A stretch of DNA of 64,000 nucleotides from Alphaproteobacteria bacterium. GTDB taxonomy: Bacteria; Pseudomonadota; Alphaproteobacteria; UBA828. This document shows positions 13,585 to 23,740 of this stretch, piece after piece. Location: NCBI GenBank assembly GCA_965221125.1, contig CBDCRW010000007.1, positions 608,001 to 672,000 on the forward strand, written 5' to 3'. The number at the start of each line of letters is the position of its first letter. Positions within the stretch are counted from its first letter, which is position 1. Position numbers and translations under genes: made by a program. The notes under the pieces are model-generated. The model was given only the letters and a program-made list of their open reading frames with translations. It made no database searches and was not told the origin of the DNA.

Positions 13585-14142
13585 ATGGCTGATCCCGATC
13601 TCGATGACCTTGAACGCCGCATGAAGGGCGCCGTCGAGGCCCTGCGGAAGGAGCTGGGCGGGCTGCGGACGGGGCGCGCATCGCTCAGTCTTCTCGAGCC
13701 CATCGTGGTCGAGGCCTACGAGACCGAGATGCCGCTCAACCAGGTCGCCACCATCAACATCCCCGAGCCCCGCATGCTCTCCGTCCAGGTCTGGGACAGG
13801 ACGCAGGTGAAGGCGGTGGAGAAGGCGATCCGCTCCTCCGATCTCGGGCTCAATCCCATCGTCGACGGCCAGTCGCTCCGCATCCCTATCCCTGAGCTGA
13901 ACGAGGAACGCCGCCGCGAACTCGCCAAAGTTGCCGCCAAGTATGCCGAGCAGGCGAAGGTAGCCGCGCGCAACGTGCGGCGCGACGGCATGGATCAGCT
14001 CAAGAAGATGGAGAAGGCGGGCGAGCTCGGCGAGGACGAATCGCGGCTCTGGGCGGGAGAGATCCAGGAGATGACCGACGGGTTCGTCAAGACGATGAGC
14101 GAGATGTTCGAGGCCAAGGAACGCGAGATCATGCAGGTCTGA
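13585..14142 (+). CDS. frr: Ribosome recycling factor
   Basis: [21 protein letters not shown]; ATG at 13585. Confidence 0.97.
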   Translation: MADPDLDDLERRMKGAVEALRKELGGLRTGRASLSLLEPIVVEAYETEMPLNQVATINIPEPRMLSVQVWDRTQVKAVEKAIRSSDLGLNPIVDGQSLRIPIPELNEERRRELAKVAAKYAEQAKVAARNVRRDGMDQLKKMEKAGELGEDESRLWAGEIQEMTDGFVKTMSEMFEAKEREIMQV

Positions 14143-14144
14143 CC

Positions 14145-14879
14145 ATGGCGCTCGCGCGGTCATTCGCCGACATGCGGGACCCGTCCCTGCACGTCGGCAT
14201 CATCCTCGACGGTAACGGGCGCTGGGCGCGGGCGCGGGGGCTGCCGAGAACGGCGGGGCACCGGCGGGGTGCCGAGGTCGTGAAGACGATCCTGAGGGGC
14301 TGTCCCGAGCGCGGCATCCGCTACCTCACCATCTACGCGTTCTCGTCCGAGAACTGGAAGCGCCCCGTGGGCGAGGTGGAGGACCTCATGGGCCTTCTCC
14401 ACCTCTACCTGCGGCGCGAGGTCGCCGAGTTGCACAGCAACGGCGTGCGCATCACCTTCATCGGCGACCGCTCCCGGCTGAGCGGTGAGATCAACGCCCT
14501 CATCACCGAGGCCGAGGAGAGCACCCGGCACAACGCCACGATCACGCTGACGGTCGCCGTTAACTACGGCGGGCGCCAGGAGATCGTCGATTCGGTCCGC
14601 CGCATCGCCGAGCAGGTGCGCGACGGCGACCTCGATGCCGACCGGATCTCGGAAGAGACGATCCAGCGCCACCTCCAGACCCGCGACCTGCCGGACCTCG
14701 ACCTGGTGATCCGCACCAGCGGCGAGCAGCGCCTCAGCAACTTCCTGCTGTGGCAGTCGGCCTACACGGAATTGGTGTTCGTGCCGACGCTCTGGCCCGA
14801 CTTCACGCTCGATCGCCTCGACGAGGCGATCGGCGAGTTCCAGCGCCGCGAGCGGCGCTACGGCGGGGCCCGCAGCTGA
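14145..14879 (+). CDS. uppS: Undecaprenyl diphosphate synthase
   Basis: [40 protein letters not shown]; start may be ATG 14172. Confidence 0.96.
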   Translation: MALARSFADMRDPSLHVGIILDGNGRWARARGLPRTAGHRRGAEVVKTILRGCPERGIRYLTIYAFSSENWKRPVGEVEDLMGLLHLYLRREVAELHSNGVRITFIGDRSRLSGEINALITEAEESTRHNATITLTVAVNYGGRQEIVDSVRRIAEQVRDGDLDADRISEETIQRHLQTRDLPDLDLVIRTSGEQRLSNFLLWQSAYTELVFVPTLWPDFTLDRLDEAIGEFQRRERRYGGARS

Positions 14880-14885
14880 CGACAG

Positions 14886-14933
14886 CGCCGGCGCGACGCA
14901 ACGCCGGCACGACACAACGCCGGCACGACACAA
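14886..14933. repeat. Tandem repeat, 3 x 16 bp (CGCCGGCACGACACAA)
   Basis: Two exact copies at 14902 and 14918, one copy with 2 mismatches at 14886. Confidence 0.85.
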
Positions 14934-14948
14934 CGCCAGGATCGCCCC

Positions 14949-16267
14949 ATGACCGACAGCCTGATGAGCCGCGATGGGCGTGCCATCGCCGATATCGAGC
15001 GGATCCGCTTCTTCCCGGCGACGACCGTGGGGGGCGAGGGCTCCTACGTGATCGAGGAGGGCGGCCGGCGCGTGCTCGACTTCAGCGCCTCATGGGGTGC
15101 CGCGTGTCTCGGCTACGGCCACCCCGCGGTGGCGGAGGCGGTGAGCGAGGCCGTGCGCAGCATGGGGGCGATCAGCCTCGCCTCCTGCGCCGTCGGCCAC
15201 GCCGTCGACCTTGCCGAGGACCTGCTGGCGCGCTTCCCGGACGACCGCGAGCGGCGCGTCTGGTTCGGCCACGCGGGCTCGGACGCCAACGATACCGTGG
15301 TGCGCCTGATCGAGGCCGCGTCGCCCCGGCGCGGCATCCTCTCCTTCGTCGGCGCCTATCACGGCGGCAGCGCCGCCTCGATGTCGGTGTCGGGCCACAG
15401 CTCGCAAGTTCATGCGCCGGTGCGCCCCGGTCTCACCCGGCTGCCCTATCCCGATCCCTACCGCCCGCAGTTCGGGCCGGACCTGGTCGCCGGCGCCCTC
15501 GACGACCTCGACCGGCGCTTCGAGAGCGAGATCGACCCCGGCGAGATCGCCGCCGTCTTCATCGAGCCCATCCAGTCCGACGGCGGCGTCATCGTGCCGC
15601 CGCCGGGTTACTTCAAGGGCCTGGAGGAGCGCTGCCGGGCGCACGGCATCCTGATCGTGGTGGACGAGGTCAAGGTGGGGATGGGCCGCACCGGCCTCTA
15701 CCATGCCTTCGAGGCCGAGGGGCTCACGCCCGACATCGTCGTCTACGGCAAGGGCCTCGGCGGCGGGCTGCCGATCTCGGCCGTGGTCGGCCCGGCGGAG
15801 CTCATGAACTTCCAGCCCGCCTTCGCCATCATGACGGCGGCCGGCAACCCGGTGTGCGCCGCCGCCGGCCGCGCCGTGCTGCGCACCATCGAGGAACAGA
15901 ACCTGGCGGCGAACGCGGCCCGCATGGGCGAGCACCTGCAAGCGGGGCTGGCACGGCTCGCCAGCGCCACGCGCTCATCGGCCACGTGCGCGGGCGCGGG
16001 CTTACCGTCGGCGTCGAGCTTGTCCGCGACCCGGCGAGCAAGGAGCCCGCAAGCGCGGAGACCGCGAAGGTCGCCTTCCGCGCCCACCAGCTCGGGCTGG
16101 TCTTCTACTACGTCGGCATGGAGTCCAACGTGCTCGAGCTCACCCCGCCGCTCACCATCTCGGCGGACGAGATCGACGAGGGCCTCGCCATCCTCGACCG
16201 CGCGCTGGAGGACGTGGCCGCGAGCCGCGTCAGCGACGAGGACGTCGCCGCCTTCGCCGGCTGGTAG
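14949..16267 (+). pseudogene. Class III PLP aminotransferase (GabT-like) with an apparent 1-bp deletion near 15963
   Basis: [26 protein letters not shown] in frame 14949; the C-terminus [13 protein letters not shown]...LELTPPLTI...FAGW* is in another frame ending at 16267. Confidence 0.85.
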
Positions 16268-16276
16268 CCGAGCGGA

Positions 16277-17272
16277 TCACATCGGCGCGCAGGCCCTGAT
16301 GGTGGTCTGCGCCATCTCCTTGGCGCCGGCGCCGGAGGCCATCGGCGCGATCATCGGCAGGTCGATGCCGGAGGCGTGGTAGGCCGCGATCCGCTCGCGG
16401 CAGCGCGCGGGCGCACCCGCGATGCAGACCGAGTCGATGTGCGCGTCGCTGACCGCCCGCGTCGCCGCCTCGCGGTCGCCCCGCGCCCAGGCTTCCGCGA
16501 TCGCCTCCGCCTCTTCGCCAAAACCCTGGTCGACCGCCATCCGGTTGTAGCGGGGGAAGAAGCCCGTATACATGGCGACGCCCGGCCTCAGCGCATCGAA
16601 CGCGTCTGCCGGATCGTCGGCCCCTGCGGCGGGGAGGAGGGAGGTGATCTCGACCGCGCCGGGATCGCGCCCCGTTCTCCCGGCGCCCGCCGCGATGTGC
16701 CGGCGCGCCTCCGCGCCCACGTCGAGCGTGGTGCGGGTCAGGATCACGCCGTCCGCCTCTTCGCCGCAGACCCCGATCATCTTGGGGAAGACGGCGGCGT
16801 AATAGATCGGCAGGCTGGGGCGCAAGGGCTGGAACCACAGCTCGTAGTTCTCGATAGTGACCGTCTCGCCCCGGTAGGAGACCCGGCCGTCCCGCAATAG
16901 CTGCCGCACGACATCGGCGGTCTCCCGCACGCGCGTTACCGGCTTGCCGTAGGGCACGCCGTGCTCCGGTTCGACCTGCACCTTGTGGCTGGAACCCAGG
17001 CCCAGGATGAAGCGCCCGCCCGAGAGCTGATCGACCACCGCCGCCGACATCGCGATGGTGGGCGCCGAGCGCACGAAGACGCTTGAGATACAGGTGCCGA
17101 GCCTGACCTTGCTCGTGTTTGCCGCGACCGCGGCAAGCACCGCGAACTGGTCGCCCCCGTGTCCTTCCGCCATCCACACGGAATCGTAGCCGAGCGATTC
17201 GGCGAGCTGCGCGCACTCCACGATCTCGGACGCAGTCAGCCCGCCCGAGAACGCCACGCCGACCCTGCCCAT
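16277..17272 (-). CDS. LLM-class (luciferase-like) flavin-dependent oxidoreductase
   Basis: From MGRVGV; AESLGYDSVWMAEGH, DQLSGGRFILGLG. Confidence 0.9.
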   Translation of the reverse strand: MGRVGVAFSGGLTASEIVECAQLAESLGYDSVWMAEGHGGDQFAVLAAVAANTSKVRLGTCISSVFVRSAPTIAMSAAVVDQLSGGRFILGLGSSHKVQVEPEHGVPYGKPVTRVRETADVVRQLLRDGRVSYRGETVTIENYELWFQPLRPSLPIYYAAVFPKMIGVCGEEADGVILTRTTLDVGAEARRHIAAGAGRTGRDPGAVEITSLLPAAGADDPADAFDALRPGVAMYTGFFPRYNRMAVDQGFGEEAEAIAEAWARGDREAATRAVSDAHIDSVCIAGAPARCRERIAAYHASGIDLPMIAPMASGAGAKEMAQTTIRACAPM

Positions 17273-17376
17273 GCCTCGTACTCCCCGGCTGTTCGGCTGC
17301 CTCAAGTTGGCGGCGATCGTACAGACGAGCCGTTGCGAATCCAAACTGGCCGCGGCGCGGCGGGGCCGGTGCCGGC

Positions 17377-18558
17377 TCAGCGCGGCGGGAACTGGGGCAC
17401 CGGGCAGTCGGGCGGTGCGCCGGGCTCCTCCCGGTAGTCGAAATAGCCCCAGACGGCCCAGTGGTCCGAGAGGTCGCAGTAGTTCTCGCCCCGCACCACC
17501 GAGAACAGCGTGCGGTCCGCGAAGTCGAAGCGCGTGCGGAAGACCATGGGGCAGTTGCTGGCGTAGGCGGGCGCGCGCCAGCCCTTCTTGGCGAGCACGT
17601 AATCGACGTAGCCGTTGCCGCGCCGCGCCCAGTCGCTCTGCGTCTCGCGGGTGTAGCGGTGGCCGCGAAAGGCCGGCGCCAGCATGCCGAGCGGCTCGTC
17701 GCTGAGCAGGTTGTCGAAGCCGTGGCGCAGCACGTTGAAGTCGCCGCCGACGATGACGGGTTCGGTGCGCGGGATCCCGGACTCGCTCTCGATGAACCGC
17801 CGGATCGCGCGGAATTGCGCCGCCTTGGCCTCGCGCTGCCTGCCGCCCCAGCCGAACTGCGCGTGGGTGCCGATGACGTGGTAGCGCGCGTTGCCCTTGT
17901 CGATCCGGGCATAGACGAAGCCCTTGGCGGCGTTGCAGTCGCGCTCGACGCAATCGGCGTAGACCAGCTCGCGGGCGTCGCCGATGGGGTGCTTGCTGGC
18001 GATGAGCACGCCGCCGTCCTCGTCGAACCAGCCATCGCCCTCGCCGCCGCGCGGCGCCTCTTCGGCCGCGAGAGGCTGTTCGTAGACCGTGCCCTTCTCG
18101 CAGCTCCAGCCGGCGCGGCAGGCGCTGCCGAGGATGTGCGTCATGTGGACGAAGCCTTGCGCCCGCAGCCCGTCGAGCAGGATCGCCCGTGCGCCGTCGT
18201 CGTAGGCTTCCGACAGGATGACCACGTCGTAGGGCGCGAGAAACGGCGGGATGCGCTCCGCGCGCTCCTCCTGCGCGATGGCGAACCGCTCGCCAAGGAC
18301 GGGAACGGCGCGCACGTGCGACGGCAGCAGGTACACGTTGTATGCGAGGACGCTCAGCACCTCGTCGGAGGCCGCCGGCTCCGGCAGGTGGTTCATTCCC
18401 GGCCCCGCGCACTCGCGGGCCGCCGCCGCACCGCCCGCACCCGCGGCGCCCGCGAGCCACAGCGCCGCCGTCAGCAACACAGCCAACGCCCTGCCGGCAC
18501 TCGTTCCCAATCGCGCGTCTCCCGCTCCCGCTTGAAGGCCAGCGCGAGAGTCCGCCAT
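17377..18558 (-). CDS. Secreted sphingomyelin phosphodiesterase-like enzyme (EEP superfamily)
   Basis: YNVYLLP, DVVILSEAYD, EDGGVLIASKHPI, AKGFVYARI, HVIGTHAQ, GGDFN, DYVL, SDHWAV; hydrophobic signal-like N-terminus; start uncertain. Confidence 0.85.
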   Translation of the reverse strand: MADSRAGLQAGAGDARLGTSAGRALAVLLTAALWLAGAAGAGGAAAARECAGPGMNHLPEPAASDEVLSVLAYNVYLLPSHVRAVPVLGERFAIAQEERAERIPPFLAPYDVVILSEAYDDGARAILLDGLRAQGFVHMTHILGSACRAGWSCEKGTVYEQPLAAEEAPRGGEGDGWFDEDGGVLIASKHPIGDARELVYADCVERDCNAAKGFVYARIDKGNARYHVIGTHAQFGWGGRQREAKAAQFRAIRRFIESESGIPRTEPVIVGGDFNVLRHGFDNLLSDEPLGMLAPAFRGHRYTRETQSDWARRGNGYVDYVLAKKGWRAPAYASNCPMVFRTRFDFADRTLFSVVRGENYCDLSDHWAVWGYFDYREEPGAPPDCPVPQFPPR

Positions 18559-18686
18559 CGCATGCGCGCGCGCAAGCGCCGCCCCGTCCGGCAATAGCCG
18601 TGCAACGCATGGTGCTGGTATGGTCGCGCCGCCGCCGATCAGAGGCGGACGGGTGAACGGCAGCGCGGCTAAGGAGGGCAGGGCTC

Positions 18687-19490
18687 GTGGCGGACGCGGA
18701 GGCCTGGCGCGACCATCTTCCCCTGGCCCATCGCCTCGCCGATGCGTCGGGCGAGGTTATTCTGCGCCATTTCCGGCAGACCCTCGCGGTCGACGACAAG
18801 GACCATATCGAAGGCTACTCGCCGGTCACGGTGGCGGACCGCGAGGCCGAAGCCGCGATCCGCGCGCTGATTGAGGCGGAGTGCCCCGACCACGGCATCC
18901 TCGGCGAGGAGTACGGGCACGAGCGGCCGGACGCCCGCTTCACCTGGATCATCGACCCCATCGACGGTACCAAGGCCTTCATCTCCGGCATGACGACCTG
19001 GGGCACGCTGATCGCCTTGCAGGACCGCGGCCGGGGCATCGTCGGCGTCATGAACCAGCCGTACCTCGGCGAGCGCTTCGTCGGCCACGGCGAGGGCGCC
19101 TGGCTCGGCGAGCGCCGGCTTGCCGTGCGCGCCTGCCCCGATCTCGGCGGCGCGACCCTGTATGCGACCGAGCCCGACATGTTCTCGCCGACGGAGCGCG
19201 TCGCCTTCGATGCCTTGGGCGCGCGCGTGCGCCTGCGCCGCTTCGGCGCCGACTGCTACGCCTACGGCATGCTCGCCGCTGGCTTTATCGATCTGGTGGT
19301 CGAGGCCAGCATGAACATCTGGGACATCGCTGCGCTCATTCCCATCGTCGAGGGCGCGGGCGGCTTGGTGACCGGCTGGGACGGCGGCCCCATCGGCGCG
19401 GACGGCCGCACGCTGGCGGTGGGCGATCCCCGGCTGCACGAAGCCGCGCTGGAGATCCTGGCTCAAGCCGGCGACCCCGAGGGCGGGTGA
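18687..19490 (+). CDS. hisN: Histidinol-phosphatase, inositol monophosphatase family
   Basis: PVTVADREAE, HGILGEEYG, WIIDPIDGTKAF, WDIAALIPIVEGAGG. Confidence 0.88.
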   Translation: MADAEAWRDHLPLAHRLADASGEVILRHFRQTLAVDDKDHIEGYSPVTVADREAEAAIRALIEAECPDHGILGEEYGHERPDARFTWIIDPIDGTKAFISGMTTWGTLIALQDRGRGIVGVMNQPYLGERFVGHGEGAWLGERRLAVRACPDLGGATLYATEPDMFSPTERVAFDALGARVRLRRFGADCYAYGMLAAGFIDLVVEASMNIWDIAALIPIVEGAGGLVTGWDGGPIGADGRTLAVGDPRLHEAALEILAQAGDPEGG

Positions 19491-19522
19491 GCGTCGCGGG
19501 ACGACCGCAGCAAGCGCATCCC

Positions 19523-20374
19523 ATGCAAGCCGACATGCACGGCAAGGTCTGCCTCGTCACGGGCGCGAACTCGGGCATCGGCCGGGTGACGGCGCTCGGC
19601 CTTGCGGAGCGGGGGGCTGCCGTCGTGCTCGTCTGCCGCAACGAGGAGAGCAACGCCGCGGTCCTGGACGAAATCGAGCGGCGCGGAAGCGGCACGGCAA
19701 CCCTGCTCACGGCCGATCTCTCCTCCCAGCGCCAGGTGCGCGCGGCGGCGGTGGCCTTCCTGGAGCGCTTCGAGCGCTTGGACGTGCTGATCAACAACGC
19801 GGGCGTCGCCGGCTGGAGCACCCGGCTCGTGACCGAGGACGGGCTGGAGGCGACCTTCGCGGTCAACCACCTGGCGCCGTTCCTCCTCACCAGCCTGCTG
19901 CTCGACCGGCTGAAAGCGAGCGCGCCGGCCCGCGTGATCACCGTGAGCTCCGCGGTGCACCGGAACTACGCGCTCCATTTCGACGACCTGCAGGGCGAGC
20001 GCCGCTATTCCGGCTTCGGCGCCTATTCCCGCTCCAAGCTCGCCAACATCCTCTTCACCCGCGAGCTGTCGCGCCGGCTTGAGGGGACCGGCGTCACCGC
20101 GAACTGCCTGCATCCCGGCGTCGTCGCGACGGGCATCTTCCGCAACGTGCCCTGGTGGCTGCGTATCGTGTTCAGAAGACCGCTCATCCTCAGCCCTGAG
20201 AAGGGCGCGGACACGCTGCTCTGGCTCGCCACCGCGCCTGACGTCGCCGAGGTCAGCGGAGGCTATTTCGCTCGGCGCAAGTCCCGCCGCCCGTCCCGTG
20301 CCGCGCGCGATCCGGCGGCGGCGCGGCGCCTGTGGGAGGCAAGCGAGGCGCTGACGGCCCCGCGCGACGCGTAG
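19523..20374 (+). CDS. SDR oxidoreductase (retinol dehydrogenase-like)
   Basis: TGANSGIG, NNAG, FAVNHLAPF, YSRSKLAN; alternative GTG start at 19487. Confidence 0.9.
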   Translation: MQADMHGKVCLVTGANSGIGRVTALGLAERGAAVVLVCRNEESNAAVLDEIERRGSGTATLLTADLSSQRQVRAAAVAFLERFERLDVLINNAGVAGWSTRLVTEDGLEATFAVNHLAPFLLTSLLLDRLKASAPARVITVSSAVHRNYALHFDDLQGERRYSGFGAYSRSKLANILFTRELSRRLEGTGVTANCLHPGVVATGIFRNVPWWLRIVFRRPLILSPEKGADTLLWLATAPDVAEVSGGYFARRKSRRPSRAARDPAAARRLWEASEALTAPRDA

Positions 20375-20455
20375 GCATGACGCCGGCGTGGTAGGGTCTC
20401 GCTCCGGCGACGGGTTGCGCGCGGGACGCGCAACCGGGAGGGAAGGGGAGACGCC

Positions 20456-21205
20456 ATGCTGAGGCTTTCCGATTTTGCGGGCCGCGTGCTGCGCGAGGAC
20501 GATCTCGATGACCTGGGCCGGCCCACCGGCGAGGTCATCGAGGAGGCGATCGACGAAGGCCGCACAGGGGAGGCCAAGACGCTCGCCCGCAACCTGATCC
20601 ACGAGTGGAAGGGCCTGCACGACCTCTACTGCGACTGGGTCTGGGACCTGCTGACCAAGATCGGGCGCAAGTTCGGCGAGGGCGAGGTCTACGCCATGCT
20701 GCGCGCGACCCAGGAAACCTGGATGATGAAGCGGACCTGGAAAGGCTTCCGCAGGATGAGCGTGGAGCGCCAGGTGACTCTCACCGTCGAGATGATGCGC
20801 GCGCATCGCTGCGGCCCGCGGCAGGAGGGCGACGTCGACGTGCTGGAGGACGCGGAGCGCTACACCATCGTCATGGACCCTTGCGGCAGCGGCGGGCGCA
20901 TGCGGCGCGGCGACCCGATGGACGGCACGCCATCGCGCCTCGGCCCGCCCTACAATTTCGGCTCGACGCAAGAGGCGCACTGGTGGAGCTGGAACCGCAA
21001 GGACGTGCCCTACTACTGCGTCCACTGCGCGCTCAACGAGATCCTCCCCATCGAGTGGGGCGGTGCGCCGCTCTGGGTCACGGACTTCGACCCCGACCAC
21101 GCCAAGCCCTGCCGCTGGCACTTCTACAAGAAGCCCGAGCTGATCCCGGCGGAATACTGGACCCGGCTCGGCAAGGAGAAGCCTGCGCAGTTCGACGACG
21201 CGTGA
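20456..21205 (+). CDS. Hypothetical Cys/His-containing protein
   Basis: Strong RBS (GGGGAG), host-like codon usage, motifs DPCGSGGR and YYCVHC; family not recognised. Confidence 0.8.
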   Translation: MLRLSDFAGRVLREDDLDDLGRPTGEVIEEAIDEGRTGEAKTLARNLIHEWKGLHDLYCDWVWDLLTKIGRKFGEGEVYAMLRATQETWMMKRTWKGFRRMSVERQVTLTVEMMRAHRCGPRQEGDVDVLEDAERYTIVMDPCGSGGRMRRGDPMDGTPSRLGPPYNFGSTQEAHWWSWNRKDVPYYCVHCALNEILPIEWGGAPLWVTDFDPDHAKPCRWHFYKKPELIPAEYWTRLGKEKPAQFDDA

Positions 21206-21283
21206 GCCGCATCCGGTGGGTCCGCATCGCGATATCGCCAGCGGGCTCGCCGATGCGCTGACGATCCGGGCGAACCGGGCGCC

Positions 21284-22516
21284 GTGATCGCGCAGGCGAT
21301 CCTGCGGCGGCCTGCGGCGCTGGTCGCCGTCCTCTGCCTTGCCGAAGTGCTCGCGATGATGGGCTTTGCGGCCTACTGGTCGCTGCTGCCCGTGCTCCAG
21401 CCAGCCTGGGACATGAACAACACGGCGGCCGGCTGGCTCTCGGGCGCCTACTTCGGCGGCTACGTCCTCGTCGTTCCCTTTCTCACCGCGATGACTGATC
21501 GGGTCGATGCGCGCTACGTCTTCATCTTGGGCGCGCTGCTCTCGGCCGGCGGTCTGATCGGCCTGGCGTTCCTGGCAACGGGGTTCTGGTCCGCTCTGCC
21601 CTGGCGCGTGATCGCCGGCGCCGGCCTCGCCGGTTGCTACATGCCGGGCCTCAAGGTGCTCACCGACCGTCTGCCCGAGGCACGGCACCCGCGCGCGGTG
21701 GCCTTCTACACGGCCTGCTTCAGCGTGGGCACGGCGGTCTCCTACGCGCTCGCCGGCGGCGCGCTCGAGTGGTTCGGATGGCGCGGCGCCTTCCTCTTCG
21801 TGGCCGCCGGGCCGGTGCTCGGCGTGCTTGTCCTGGCGATACTGGTCGCACCGCGCGAGCCGGAGGCAGCGGTCGAGGAGCGCCGGCACGTGCTGGACTT
21901 CCGCCCGGTCCTGCGCTCGCGGGAGACGATGGGCTATATCGTCGCCTACGCCGGCCACGGGGCCGAACTCTTCGCCATGCGCTCCTGGATCGTGCCGTTC
22001 CTCATCTTCTGCCTGGGCACGGGCGGCGCCTTCGAGCTGAACGCCACGCTCTTCGCCACGCTCACCGCCCTCATCGGGGTGGTGTCCAGCATCGGCGGCG
22101 CGGAGCTGGCGCTGCGAATCGGACGCGCGCGCCTGATCACGTGGGCGATGCTGTCGACCTTCGCGGTCAGCGCGATCACCGGCTTCTCCTCGCCGCTGCC
22201 CTTCGCCGCAGTGGTGTTCTTCTGCCTGGTCTATGCGGCCGCCATCCACACCGATTCGGCGGCGCTGACGGCTGGCGCCGTGGCGTCGTCGCCCGTGGGC
22301 CATCGCGGCGCGACGCTGGCGGTGCATTCGACGCTGGGATTCGGCGGGTCGCTGTTCGCGCCGGCTCTGGTGGGCGTCGTGCTCGACCGCGCCGCGCCGC
22401 TCGGCGGGCAGACCGCCTGGGGGCTCGCGTTCCTCGCGATGGGGTCGATGGCGCTGCTGGGCTACGTCTTCTTCCTGCTGCAGCGCCGGGGGCTGGCCAG
22501 GGGTTCCCCGCCGTAG
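21284..22516 (+). CDS. MFS transporter
   Basis: About 12 hydrophobic segments, TDRVDAR loop motif. Confidence 0.9.
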   Translation: MIAQAILRRPAALVAVLCLAEVLAMMGFAAYWSLLPVLQPAWDMNNTAAGWLSGAYFGGYVLVVPFLTAMTDRVDARYVFILGALLSAGGLIGLAFLATGFWSALPWRVIAGAGLAGCYMPGLKVLTDRLPEARHPRAVAFYTACFSVGTAVSYALAGGALEWFGWRGAFLFVAAGPVLGVLVLAILVAPREPEAAVEERRHVLDFRPVLRSRETMGYIVAYAGHGAELFAMRSWIVPFLIFCLGTGGAFELNATLFATLTALIGVVSSIGGAELALRIGRARLITWAMLSTFAVSAITGFSSPLPFAAVVFFCLVYAAAIHTDSAALTAGAVASSPVGHRGATLAVHSTLGFGGSLFAPALVGVVLDRAAPLGGQTAWGLAFLAMGSMALLGYVFFLLQRRGLARGSPP

Positions 22517-22541
22517 CCGCCTATCGGGCGTGCCCGCGCGA

Positions 22542-23348
22542 TCACACCGCCACGTAACCGTCGTCGCACATGACGATGTGGCCCGTCACCAGCTCCGACG
22601 CGTCGCTGCCGAGGAACACGGCGGCGCCGATCAGCTCCTTCGGCAGTCCGCGCCGCTTCCTGATCATCCGATCCACGATGAAGTCGGCGGTGATGGAGGA
22701 CCCCGATTCCGCGGCCGTTCTGCTGATGAGCGGGGTCACCATGAGCGTCGGCCCGATGCCGTTGACGCGAACGCCACGGTCCCGCCATTCAAGTGCCAGC
22801 GCCTTGGTCACCTGGGAGACCCCGCCCTTGGAGGCGAGATAAGCGCTGGCCCAGGGGTAGGCGATCACGGAGCCGATGGACGCCATGTTGATGATGCTTC
22901 CCTTCTCCTGCCTGAGCATGATTCGGCCGAACGCCTGGCAGCACAGATAGGTGCCCTTCAGGTTCAGCTCGATGATGTAGTCGAAGCGCTCCTCGGGGAA
23001 ATCCTCGACGGAACAGCGGTGGGCGGAGCCGGCGCTGTTCACGAGAATGTCGACCCGGCCGTGGTCGCGGCTGACCGATTCGGCAAGCGCCTCGCATTGC
23101 TCGCGCTTCGTGACGTCGAGTTCGACGGCGACGGCGCTGCCGCCCTGCTCCTCGATGATCGCCAGCGTTTCCCTGGCGGCGTCCAGCTTGATGTCGGCGA
23201 TGACGACGGTGACGCCGACCTGCGCATAGCCGATCGAAATCGCCTGCCCAAGTCCGCTGCCGCCGCCCGTGACCACGGCGATACGGCCGGTCAGGTCGAA
23301 AAGAGTGTTGGTGTATCCCAGGGGGACAATCGGCTCATCGGCGGGCAT
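22542..23348 (-). CDS. SDR oxidoreductase (gluconate 5-dehydrogenase/KduD-like)
   Basis: LFDLTGRIAVVTGGGSGLG, YLASKGG, VRVNGIGP. Confidence 0.9.
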   Translation of the reverse strand: MPADEPIVPLGYTNTLFDLTGRIAVVTGGGSGLGQAISIGYAQVGVTVVIADIKLDAARETLAIIEEQGGSAVAVELDVTKREQCEALAESVSRDHGRVDILVNSAGSAHRCSVEDFPEERFDYIIELNLKGTYLCCQAFGRIMLRQEKGSIINMASIGSVIAYPWASAYLASKGGVSQVTKALALEWRDRGVRVNGIGPTLMVTPLISRTAAESGSSITADFIVDRMIRKRRGLPKELIGAAVFLGSDASELVTGHIVMCDDGYVAV

Positions 23349-23740
23349 GTCGAATCCTTTCAGCGCTTGCACAAGTGCGGTTTGGCGATGGGTCTGTCTC
23401 CATAGATCAGAGCGGACACTCTGACTCGTTTACTGGCCCCAACGGCAATGTCTGGCTCCAATTTCATGGCGAGACAGAGTTTTCGTTCACGAAGACAGGC
23501 AAGGCATTGATCTTCGTAACGTCGACGATATATCGCGGCGCCAAACCCAGTCAAGCAATCGTATCGTGATTGTCCGTAGCGAACGATATAAACGGCTCAT
23601 GCGACAGATGACTTTCCGTTCTGCACGCGCCGGCTTGCGCGCCGCACTATCGCTGCATGATTTGACTCCCAAATTTCTTGATGATATTCTGCCGATAGAT
23701 CGATGAAAACTCATCGAATAAACAAAGAATATGGGGAGGC

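Noticed and set aside
23349-23740. Short ORFs or a sigma54 promoter in the AT-rich spacer
   Set aside because: The ORFs lack RBS and host codon bias, and I found no TGGCAC-N5-TTGC match on either strand; treated as a divergent regulatory region
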